This document shows positions 27,703-34,774 of a DNA stretch of 36,108 nucleotides, one piece after another (position 1 is the first letter of the stretch; each line of letters opens with the position of its first letter). The notes below the pieces were generated by a model. That model searched no databases and was not told where the DNA came from. It saw nothing but the letters and a program-made list of their open reading frames with translations. The stretch covers positions 1-36,108 of IMG/VR virus record IMGVR_UViG_3300023283_000215; one strand, given 5' to 3'. Source of the stretch: a virus. Taxonomy: Duplodnaviria > Caudoviricetes. The position numbers and the translations under genes were made by a program.

Positions 27703-28008
27703 TCAGCCCACCGTGTCCATTGCGTTTTTCACTTCTTTCAGGAGTGGCGATTGTTCTATCACTTGTCGTAGTACGGGCATTACGGCATCCTGTGTCTTGT
27801 TGGTTAGCCAAAGGGAGGAGGACACCAGATTAGCCAGCCGTTCGATCAATTCATCATCGTTATCGTCCATGATTGAATCCAGCCACGCACTGTCACGCAG
27901 CCAGCGGGCCACCAGCCTCTCCAGTTTGGGGTTGTGGATAGCGTCGGTAAGCCCGTGCATTTGCATGACCAGGCGTGTTACTGCAATTTCGATATTTGTC
28001 GGAAGCAT
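27703..28008 (-). CDS. Hypothetical protein
   Basis: GGAGTAGG SD; 101 aa; last gene of the leftward unit. Confidence 0.6.
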   Translation of the reverse strand: MLPTNIEIAVTRLVMQMHGLTDAIHNPKLERLVARWLRDSAWLDSIMDDNDDELIERLANLVSSSLWLTNKTQDAVMPVLRQVIEQSPLLKEVKNAMDTVG

Positions 28009-28013
28009 GGAAC

Positions 28014-28484
28014 CTACTCCGTGTTATTCTTGGATGCACTTTTAGCCTGCTGTGCCAAACTCAACACCTCCTGCCGCACATACTCCATCGTCCGATAGGT
28101 GCCTTCCCCCCAAACATTATACGGAAGCGTATCCACATACTTTGGATTCGCATCCCCAAGATGCGAGCAATCAAAACCCAGCCACCACACGTCCCCACCC
28201 TCACCAGGGCCGACCGTGTGGCATATTTTGCCATCCTCCTGACACTTGTTCGAGTATGTAAGCTCACCATGCACGTCCACATCAATACGTGTATAATCGA
28301 CCCCGTACCAGGGATGCTCCGCCGGTACGCCGACATATCCGCATAACGCACCGACAGGACCGCGCACAATCAAACAGGGAAACCCTGTTGCCTTATCCAG
28401 CCACTGCACCTTGTCAGCCTCTTTCTGCCAGGGTCCGTCAGCCCACCCGCTCTTATCCACGTACCTTTCTTCGATTGTTTCCAT
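28014..28484 (-). CDS. Conserved phage hypothetical protein (CGYV-HP-VHG-GFDCxH family)
   Basis: LCGYVGVPAEHPWYG, VHGELTY, WWLGFDCSH, YRTMEYVRQE; a widespread phage family of unknown function. Confidence 0.85.
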   Translation of the reverse strand: METIEERYVDKSGWADGPWQKEADKVQWLDKATGFPCLIVRGPVGALCGYVGVPAEHPWYGVDYTRIDVDVHGELTYSNKCQEDGKICHTVGPGEGGDVWWLGFDCSHLGDANPKYVDTLPYNVWGEGTYRTMEYVRQEVLSLAQQAKSASKNNTE

Positions 28485-28512
28485 ATCCGGTTCCTAATTA
28501 CGTCCTTTGCAA

Positions 28513-28635
28513 CTATTCGGGCATCCGATTGAAGTTGTACCGTCCGAGTGAAGTTGTATCGCTCGGCCTCTCCAGAACCATCTCGGGTACGCCTGCTACG
28601 TAGCGGAGGACGGCTATTACGTTATCATCGCTCAC
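28513..28635 (-). CDS. Small hypothetical protein (40 aa)
   Basis: AGGAG SD before GTG at 28635. The track's upstream extension runs through a structured element. Confidence 0.4.
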   Translation of the reverse strand: MSDDNVIAVLRYVAGVPEMVLERPSDTTSLGRYNFNRMPE

Positions 28636-28656
28636 TGTTGGTGCTCCTGTTTTTAA

Positions 28657-28764
28657 GGACGAGGCGCCGCCGGTTGAGCGCACACCTGCCGAAACGGTAC
28701 CGGGGACAACCAAACCGCGGGCTCTTGCCCCTAAGCAGGTTTGTGATGTCATCGGCGCCCCGCC
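28657..28764 (-). ncRNA. Candidate structured intergenic RNA element
   Basis: On the - strand: outer stem GGCGGGGCGCCG/CGGCGCCUCGUC, then ACCUGC/GCAGGU, GGGGCAA/UUGUCCC and GAGCC/GGUUU nested inside. Confidence 0.5.
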
Positions 28765-28765
28765 A

Positions 28766-28945
28766 TTATTTCTGTTTCTTCTTTTCCTGATGCACCTTGG
28801 CGAACGCTACGCCGGTAATGGCCGTAACTGCACCTCCAAGGGTTGTCAGTAGCGTTCCATCGATCACCTCGGACGTGTACAGGATTCCGAGTACGCCCAT
28901 GGCGACAAGTCCCAGATAGCGTTTATTCCGCGTTATCCATTTCAT
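28766..28945 (-). CDS. Holin-like two-TM protein
   Basis: MKWITRNKRYLGLVAMGVLGILY...LLTTLGGAVTAITGVAFAKVHQEKKKQK: two TM segments and a basic C-terminus. Confidence 0.6.
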   Translation of the reverse strand: MKWITRNKRYLGLVAMGVLGILYTSEVIDGTLLTTLGGAVTAITGVAFAKVHQEKKKQK

Positions 28946-29114
28946 AAGATTTATCCGGTGGTTCGATCGTGATGATTGTTTCTTTTTCGCTTTCGCAACA
29001 GCGATTGCATTCAACCTTATACGCCAGAGTCAGGTGGTGGGGAGCGCAGCCGCCTGAAAGGATGAAACTGACGACTGCGGCCCACCACACACGGGATTCA
29101 TTGTACCTTGTCAT
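28923..29114 (-). CDS. Small lipoprotein (o-spanin-like?)
   Basis: TAATG-coupled ATG at 29114; signal VWWAAVVSFILSGG-C lipobox; additional Cys residues. Confidence 0.55.
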   Translation of the reverse strand: MTRYNESRVWWAAVVSFILSGGCAPHHLTLAYKVECNRCCESEKETIITIEPPDKSYEMDNAE

Positions 29115-29599
29115 TAGTGTCTCCGCTCGATACGTATGTCTGATTCCTCCGCCCGACGGAGCCATTCGGCAATAAGAAGGGCTTCCAATTCCCCTTCGCT
29201 TTCGGTCGGGAACCCCAATCTCTTGCCAGCAATCACCGATCGTTTCTTGGGATTTGCAGCCCGGATACCCCGGTGAATGGCCTTTTGCCACGTTCGAGGA
29301 TGAACTTCCACGTAGGGAATGCTCAAGCAGCAACACACTCCCTGGAATATCCCACCCGCCTGTCCCATGCGCTGCCAGGATTGCTTTCCACTTTTGGGGT
29401 GCAACATGGGTTTTTCGATTGCAGCCAGGGTCCGTTCTTTTATCCACCCTTTAAGAATCTCCCGTATTCGATCGATATCGTATTCACTGTCAATTGCCGG
29501 CATCGGTTGGGTTCGAATTTCACCGTTTCCGATATGCCCCATTCCGCCTTTCAAACCCAGATCAATCCCGATCCAACTACTTCCGACGACGGTATTCAA
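29114..29599 (-). CDS. RuvC-like Holliday junction resolvase
   Basis: IGIDLGLKGG, AAIEKP, VHPRTWQK, EALLIA; TTG start after GGAGGATAAGG. Confidence 0.88.
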   Translation of the reverse strand: MNTVVGSSWIGIDLGLKGGMGHIGNGEIRTQPMPAIDSEYDIDRIREILKGWIKERTLAAIEKPMLHPKSGKQSWQRMGQAGGIFQGVCCCLSIPYVEVHPRTWQKAIHRGIRAANPKKRSVIAGKRLGFPTESEGELEALLIAEWLRRAEESDIRIERRH

Positions 29600-29840
29600 G
29601 TTCCTTATCCTCCGGGATTCTTGTATCCAGGAAACTTTGCAAATCATGTCCCCAGGCATGGAGGATACAGACCAGGGTAGACAACTTGGGTTCCACCCGA
29701 CCATCCTCGTACCTGTTGTAATTTCCCCAGGGCATGTTTACCTTAGCCGCCGCTTTCCGGATGGACATGCCCTCCTCCAGACGAATCTTCCTTAGTTTCT
29801 TGCCCACCATAAGGCGGAACTTTTTCACGTCGAAGCTCAC
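29577..29840 (-). CDS. XRE/Cro-C1 family HTH regulator
   Basis: GKKLRKIRLEEGMSIRKAAAK...YNRYEDGRVEPKLSTL. Confidence 0.9.
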   Translation of the reverse strand: MSFDVKKFRLMVGKKLRKIRLEEGMSIRKAAAKVNMPWGNYNRYEDGRVEPKLSTLVCILHAWGHDLQSFLDTRIPEDKELEYRRRK

Positions 29841-30613
29841 GATACACGTTCTTTCCTTTCTATAGCCAGTTTTGCTTCCTTGCCATCCTCCGGGTCGCTC
29901 CCAGGTCTCATTGGCGCCACGTATGTATTGGGCCTTTGAAGTGACAGGGCTACCCGAACCGCTTTTTCATATGCGTCCCCATCCAGAAGAACAATTATTT
30001 CGTCCACGTGAATCGAATTCACGGTTCGAACCTGTTCAGGGGAAATAATCGAGCCCAGCAAGGCGATTCGTTCCTTGCACCAAATGGCATCGAATATTCC
30101 TTCGCATAAAACCAACCGTTTGAAATTCCTTTCCCGATCGAATCTGTGCAATCCCCAAAAGCTGTCCCTTTTCCGGTTGGGGAACTCCCCGTTTCGAGGA
30201 TATATATACCGGGGCACTACATGGTCCCGGGTTGCTCGGCCCACCATATACATCGGTTCATCGGATCCTCCGAGGTTGTAGCATGGAAAATAGACTCTTC
30301 TGCTATCCGGTCCGTTATGCGGTTGCAATTCGATACAGAGTTCTTCCGGTATCCCACGTTGATACAGGTACTCCGGAATCTTTCCGCAAGGCCGGTAGTA
30401 CCTTCTTGTTAGTTTGTTCGTCATCCCAACCCGGACCTTTTGATCCTTTTGAACCTTCCCAGATTCGTTGCACTTGTGACAGTAGTACAGCCCTTTTCTG
30501 AAATCCACTTCCAGTTTCCGTCGTCCATTGCAAAATGGACAGACGAAATACTGGCTTCCGTCCACCTTTGTTCCCAGCGGCCTTTGGCCAAGGAGGTATT
30601 GTTGCATTTTCAA
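29837..30613 (-). CDS. DNA primase (Zn finger + TOPRIM)
   Basis: CPFC...CHKC zinc finger; LCEGIFDA; LLDGDA; DP near the C-terminus. Confidence 0.9.
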   Translation of the reverse strand: MKMQQYLLGQRPLGTKVDGSQYFVCPFCNGRRKLEVDFRKGLYYCHKCNESGKVQKDQKVRVGMTNKLTRRYYRPCGKIPEYLYQRGIPEELCIELQPHNGPDSRRVYFPCYNLGGSDEPMYMVGRATRDHVVPRYIYPRNGEFPNRKRDSFWGLHRFDRERNFKRLVLCEGIFDAIWCKERIALLGSIISPEQVRTVNSIHVDEIIVLLDGDAYEKAVRVALSLQRPNTYVAPMRPGSDPEDGKEAKLAIERKERVS

Positions 30614-30978
30614 AACGGCACCTTTCCGTTATTCCTCAAAACCGCTTCCCTGACATTCTCGGATCGGGACAGAAGTTCCAGGTGTGCAGGGTTGCAACAT
30701 ATAGTGTTGGTACAAACATGGTGCACGTCGGAATCCGATGGGACCATTCCGAACCAGGTAGCGTAAGCTACTCTATGCACCCATCTCGTTTTCCATTGTT
30801 CCGATTCCCGTACATTCTCTCTTAATCGAATCTGTCCATATTCTCCGCTCCTCGTTCCGGTCCAGACCCAACAACCGTCCCTTTCAACCAAACGGGAAAC
30901 CATCCGCTGAATCGACCTGAGATCCGGACGATCGACAAGACTACTTTTCAAAACCGTTCTCCTTCCATGAAACGGCAT
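30610..30978 (-). CDS. HNH endonuclease (HNH_3 type)
   Basis: CWVWTG..YGQ..VHRVAY..VHHVCTNTICCNPAHLELLSRSEN. Confidence 0.92.
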   Translation of the reverse strand: MPFHGRRTVLKSSLVDRPDLRSIQRMVSRLVERDGCWVWTGTRSGEYGQIRLRENVRESEQWKTRWVHRVAYATWFGMVPSDSDVHHVCTNTICCNPAHLELLSRSENVREAVLRNNGKVPF

Positions 30979-32123
30979 ATCGAAAAATCGGCCGTTACTT
31001 TGCAGCCTACGAATCGTGACCCATGGCGGTTCTTGGACACGTACACGTTACATGTAGTCAGGCCGCTTTTCGGATCGGTATCTTCTTGCTGAAAGCCCAA
31101 AACCTGATCCGCAATCATCATCTTCTTGAGACTCGCTTCCACGTTCTCCGCCCGAAGTTGTTCCACGTCATAGGCTGATCGGTTGACCTGGCTGGCGGTC
31201 CAAACGGGTATTCCTCGAGTCATGGCAATTCTCTTCAGGTTCGAATAGATATGACCCAGATCATGGTATTCCATTCCAGCGTTGGTTCCTCCCCCGGGAG
31301 GCTGCAAGTAGTCCGCATAGTCTATAATTATCAACTCCGCTTCCTGCGGTATTTCGTTGTCCAGGCCCGAAGGACCAATGGTATGTGGAGCATGTTCTTT
31401 TACCCACAGCATCCCATTTATCTCCGCTGCTACTTCTTTCCACTTTTTCCGGCTCGGATTCTTGTCCCCCGTCAGATTTCGCCTCACCTTGGCCTCGATC
31501 TCATATTCGGGTACTTCCAGCGTCGTGTAATAAACCTTTTTTCCCGATAGAACACCCTGGCAGGCGAACCATGTAAGCAGCGAAGTCTTGCCCCCGCTGG
31601 TAGGGGCAATGACCACCGCCAGATCTCCCGCAGCTACTCCGCCCTCTAGCAATTCATCCAACTTTTTCATCCCGGTTCCCACCAGATTCTTCCGTTTCGG
31701 TATCGTCGAAGTGGATTCCAGAATGTTCCTGGGAGCCCTGCCATTCAATTGCGGGAGACCTGCTTTGCACTCTTCCATGACATTCAGGGCTTGCTGGTAA
31801 CGTCCGGAAGCATGGAGTACATGAGCCCGTTCAAAGCCCCGTTTCAACGCCTGGTGCTGCGCGAATTTCAGGACGGATTGGCGGTCGAATTCGATGTCCC
31901 CCGAAGGGGATCCCAATTTCACACCATGTCGGAAAGCAAGCTGTTTGAGTTGAGTTCGGTTCAGAACTTTCCTAGTGTTCCTCCACCGGGAAATAACCTC
32001 TTCCGCCAGGTCAAAAAAAGAGTCGAACGAGGAAGGCTCGAGTAGATGCCCGCATTCTCGCATGAACTCCGGGACGCACATTCTCGACAGCAACAGTACC
32101 TGGTATTCCTCATCGAACAGCAT
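30948..32123 (-). CDS. DnaB-like (SF4) replicative helicase
   Basis: Walker A APTSGGKT, TLE, IIIDYAD, WTASQVNR, SKNRHG. Confidence 0.93.
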   Translation of the reverse strand: MLFDEEYQVLLLSRMCVPEFMRECGHLLEPSSFDSFFDLAEEVISRWRNTRKVLNRTQLKQLAFRHGVKLGSPSGDIEFDRQSVLKFAQHQALKRGFERAHVLHASGRYQQALNVMEECKAGLPQLNGRAPRNILESTSTIPKRKNLVGTGMKKLDELLEGGVAAGDLAVVIAPTSGGKTSLLTWFACQGVLSGKKVYYTTLEVPEYEIEAKVRRNLTGDKNPSRKKWKEVAAEINGMLWVKEHAPHTIGPSGLDNEIPQEAELIIIDYADYLQPPGGGTNAGMEYHDLGHIYSNLKRIAMTRGIPVWTASQVNRSAYDVEQLRAENVEASLKKMMIADQVLGFQQEDTDPKSGLTTCNVYVSKNRHGSRFVGCKVTADFSICRFMEGERF

Positions 32124-32376
32124 CTCCCTGATCGCTCCGTCCTTGTTGTCGCTGATTAAACACTTCCAAACGATCGACGCGAACTTCCGGCGAACATACG
32201 AATCCCAACCGGGTTTTGCTTCCTGTGATGTCCACTACGATTACGTCCACTGTATCCTGAAGAGTCTTGTATGTTCCGTCCTCGTTGAGAAGAGGAACCC
32301 CCTGTTCGTCGGTTTCAATCACTTCAGGCAGCGTGATACGTATTGTTTCATCCCGTTGTCGGCTTAGTACCAGCAT
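32110..32376 (-). CDS. csrA: CsrA/RsmA family translational regulator with internal insertion
   Basis: MLVLSRQRDETIRI...VIVVDITGSKTRLGFVCSPEVRVDRLEV; start at ATG 32376 after AAGGAG. Confidence 0.88.
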   Translation of the reverse strand: MLVLSRQRDETIRITLPEVIETDEQGVPLLNEDGTYKTLQDTVDVIVVDITGSKTRLGFVCSPEVRVDRLEVFNQRQQGRSDQGDAVR

Positions 32377-33286
32377 CGGACATCTCCTTGTATTCCCTGT
32401 GTGCCTCATCCCTGGCCGTTGAGTCGTGCTCCTGAACCTCCGCCAACGCGGCCATTTCCAACAGCCTCGGCTCAATTACATACCCAGCTGCATGCTTATG
32501 TCCGCCGCCACCGAATCTTTCCGCCCACTTAGAAACATCCGGACCGTTTTCCCGACTCCGCAGCGACATCTCTATTTTCGGTCCATCAGCCGTAGCGATA
32601 GTTCGAAAGGATTTGGCTACACCGTACTTTTCGGCCATTCGGTGGAGCAGATCGGAAATGAGATTCTTGTCCGTACAGTTGACCGTTGGTACCGGCATAT
32701 CAAACATCTCTTCCAATATGGAATTTTCAAGGTGCATTCGGATACTTCGTTCCTTGTATTGCCGGACGGCGGCTCCGGCTTCGAACACGAGATTTTCGTT
32801 GCTCATCAGCAACCGATTCGCTCGATCCCACTGTTCGAATGTTTCCACCGTCTGAAGATAAGCTGCTACATCTTCCGTCCGGTACATTCGGTGCAACCAT
32901 ATATCCCGATCCCGGACGTATTTAAGAATGGGGAATTCGTCCGGCTCTGAACCAAACCAATGCGCGGTCAGGGTTGCTCCGCATTCATCCGGATCATACA
33001 GAACCCGAACCCCCAGTTCCTTCAGTTCCTTGATACGAGGTTCAGCGCTTTTGTGGTGGTCCAGGAGAACAATCGGAACACTTTCGTCCACCAACGGTTT
33101 CAGTTCCTCCGCAGAAAACGATAGATCCAGGATGTACAGGTAATTCCCTTTTCGGATTTTATCCAACGGGACAGGATCATTCGGGTGGAGGCCGATGTAC
33201 CGGGTATTTTCAGGAAGGAAACGACTGGCAATCCAGGCCGATGCTGATCCGTCGGTACAAGGATGGTGATACAATACGACATACAT
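32348..33286 (-). CDS. DHH/DHHA1 phosphoesterase
   Basis: YHHPCTDG, LDLSF, LDHHKS, DRDIW, SLRS, GGGGHKHAAG. Confidence 0.92.
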   Translation of the reverse strand: MYVVLYHHPCTDGSASAWIASRFLPENTRYIGLHPNDPVPLDKIRKGNYLYILDLSFSAEELKPLVDESVPIVLLDHHKSAEPRIKELKELGVRVLYDPDECGATLTAHWFGSEPDEFPILKYVRDRDIWLHRMYRTEDVAAYLQTVETFEQWDRANRLLMSNENLVFEAGAAVRQYKERSIRMHLENSILEEMFDMPVPTVNCTDKNLISDLLHRMAEKYGVAKSFRTIATADGPKIEMSLRSRENGPDVSKWAERFGGGGHKHAAGYVIEPRLLEMAALAEVQEHDSTARDEAHREYKEMSDAGTKPTTG

Positions 33287-33300
33287 TGTTATTCTCCGTA

Positions 33301-33372
33301 AAAAGAAAGGGCGGGTGAAGGTCTTGGCTGGACAAGCAAACGCGGTTTTATCCTGCTCGCTTCACCCACCCT
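33301..33372 (-). terminator. Nested stem-loop followed by U-tract (terminator / attenuator / processing site)
   Basis: On the - strand: AGGGUGGGUGAAG/CUUCACCCGCCCU 13-bp stem, inner CGAGCAG/UUGCUUG stem, then UUCUUUU. Confidence 0.55.
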
Positions 33373-33381
33373 GCCGTTTGG

Positions 33382-34086
33382 TTAACCTAACTTCTCTTCG
33401 ATCCGGGCTGCCAGATTCTCAAGTTCTTCCATATCGGTATCACCAGAAACTTCAGTCAGATCGAGCGGTTCATACTCTCCCCCCAAAGGGCTCGACCGAG
33501 CAGCGGGTAGTACATTATACCGAGTCTTGAACCCGGAACCCGACCGGACTATCTTGAAGTCGTATCCCGTTTCGGGATCCAGCGGATCTTCGTCAACCAG
33601 ATCCTTGGTGATGTATTCCGCCAGCTTCCGATACGCGGTAATTCGCAGCTTGACTACTTTGAGTTCATCCTGGCCATCCTCACCTCCTTCCCGGTGCACC
33701 GCATTTACTAGCATGTACCTGTCAGGTTTGATGTCCTCCCAAACCTTTTTCGGAACCGAATCCTCCAACCTGCATATTGGACACTGATCCCCGACACAAG
33801 GTACGTTCGTCTTGTCCTCACTGTCGAACTCGATCCAATGACGAAGATCTTCGACGAAAAGACGTTCCATGCCCTCGGAATCGGTGAACGGAAGTGGGCG
33901 GATTACATGCCGTCCGTCACCGGGTTTCCAAAAATGGGACGTTCCGCTGGTCCGGTTCCGGTGTTGGAGTTGTTCGCGTTCACGATCGTAAATCGAATTT
34001 TTGGCCTTCTTTCGACTTGGGGCCTTCTTTCGACTTGAGCCCTTCTTCTTCTTTTTGGTCACCTTCGTTTTCCTCGTGGTTGCCAT
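33382..34086 (-). CDS. ssDNA-binding protein, T4 gp32-like
   Basis: FWKP..VIRPLP, H..C...CPIC zinc site, DPETGYDFKIVRSGSGFKTRYNV, acidic C-terminus; Lys-rich N-terminal extension. Confidence 0.82.
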   Translation of the reverse strand: MATTRKTKVTKKKKKGSSRKKAPSRKKAKNSIYDREREQLQHRNRTSGTSHFWKPGDGRHVIRPLPFTDSEGMERLFVEDLRHWIEFDSEDKTNVPCVGDQCPICRLEDSVPKKVWEDIKPDRYMLVNAVHREGGEDGQDELKVVKLRITAYRKLAEYITKDLVDEDPLDPETGYDFKIVRSGSGFKTRYNVLPAARSSPLGGEYEPLDLTEVSGDTDMEELENLAARIEEKLG

Positions 34087-34112
34087 TTCATTCTCCTTCC
34101 TGTGTGCCTACC

Positions 34113-34409
34113 TTAGCTTTCCCTCTTGTTGCTCAGACTTTCCCTGCGGATGGTCCGGAGCAGATCAAACGTTTCGGTACAATTGGTCTTGAACACTTCC
34201 TCGAGATCCCCTTGAACCCTGGCGAACGCCTGGTCCGTGGTCTCGCCGGGGAGCATCGGCTGCGTCGTGTTACAGTCGTACTTCATCGAACCGTAGTCCG
34301 CTGATATACCCAACGTCACCGAGACCCGGCCTACACCCGGATCGGTTGACCTTTCCGGTAGTTGCTCCGACTTCTGCTTCGACTTCTTTACTCGCCTTGT
34401 TTTGGCCAT
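34113..34409 (-). CDS. Hypothetical protein with basic N-terminus
   Basis: AAGGA SD; MAKTRRVKKSKQK... Confidence 0.65.
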   Translation of the reverse strand: MAKTRRVKKSKQKSEQLPERSTDPGVGRVSVTLGISADYGSMKYDCNTTQPMLPGETTDQAFARVQGDLEEVFKTNCTETFDLLRTIRRESLSNKRES

Positions 34410-34452
34410 TTCCTTTTCCTTTCCGCAAAAACAACATTCTACTCAGGGATGA

Positions 34453-34743
34453 CTACTTGTCACCCTTCGCTTTCTCCTGCCCCTTCAGTTTTTCCTGGAG
34501 TTCCCGGAGAGCCCTCCGGGGATCCGCCATGTTTTGCGGCAACTCCAGAACCTGAATCGCTGCTTCCACACCCTGCAAGTGACCTGTCCGAACGCCCTCG
34601 TAGTATTCCGGGGATTTGTCCAGCCCGTTCAACACGGAAAAACGCTTCAGGGCTTTCTCCGGCTCCTCTCCGGCAACCGCTCCGGCGATAAGCTTCATGT
34701 CCTGCCCTTTGATCCGATACGTTGCATTCGGATCGATATACAC
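34453..34743 (-). CDS. Hypothetical protein
   Basis: 96 aa, GTG start, in the replication operon. Confidence 0.6.
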   Translation of the reverse strand: MYIDPNATYRIKGQDMKLIAGAVAGEEPEKALKRFSVLNGLDKSPEYYEGVRTGHLQGVEAAIQVLELPQNMADPRRALRELQEKLKGQEKAKGDK

Positions 34744-34774
34744 CTTTTCACCTGCCTTTTTGAAACCAAGCCGC

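Noticed and set aside
28657-28764. tRNA, or a known riboswitch
   Set aside because: No TTCGA T-loop, cloverleaf or CCA end, and no aptamer consensus I can recognise; kept only as an unclassified structure.
28923-29704. Track starts for ORFs 28923-29447, 29114-29704, 28766-29014 and 32110-32475
   Set aside because: The N-terminal extensions overlap neighbouring real genes; downstream starts with SD or coupling (29114, 29599, 28945, 32376) fit better.
29577-29840. XRE HTH as evidence of a temperate lifestyle
   Set aside because: It is embedded and coupled within the replication operon; there is no divergent cI/cro pair, integrase or att site in the window.
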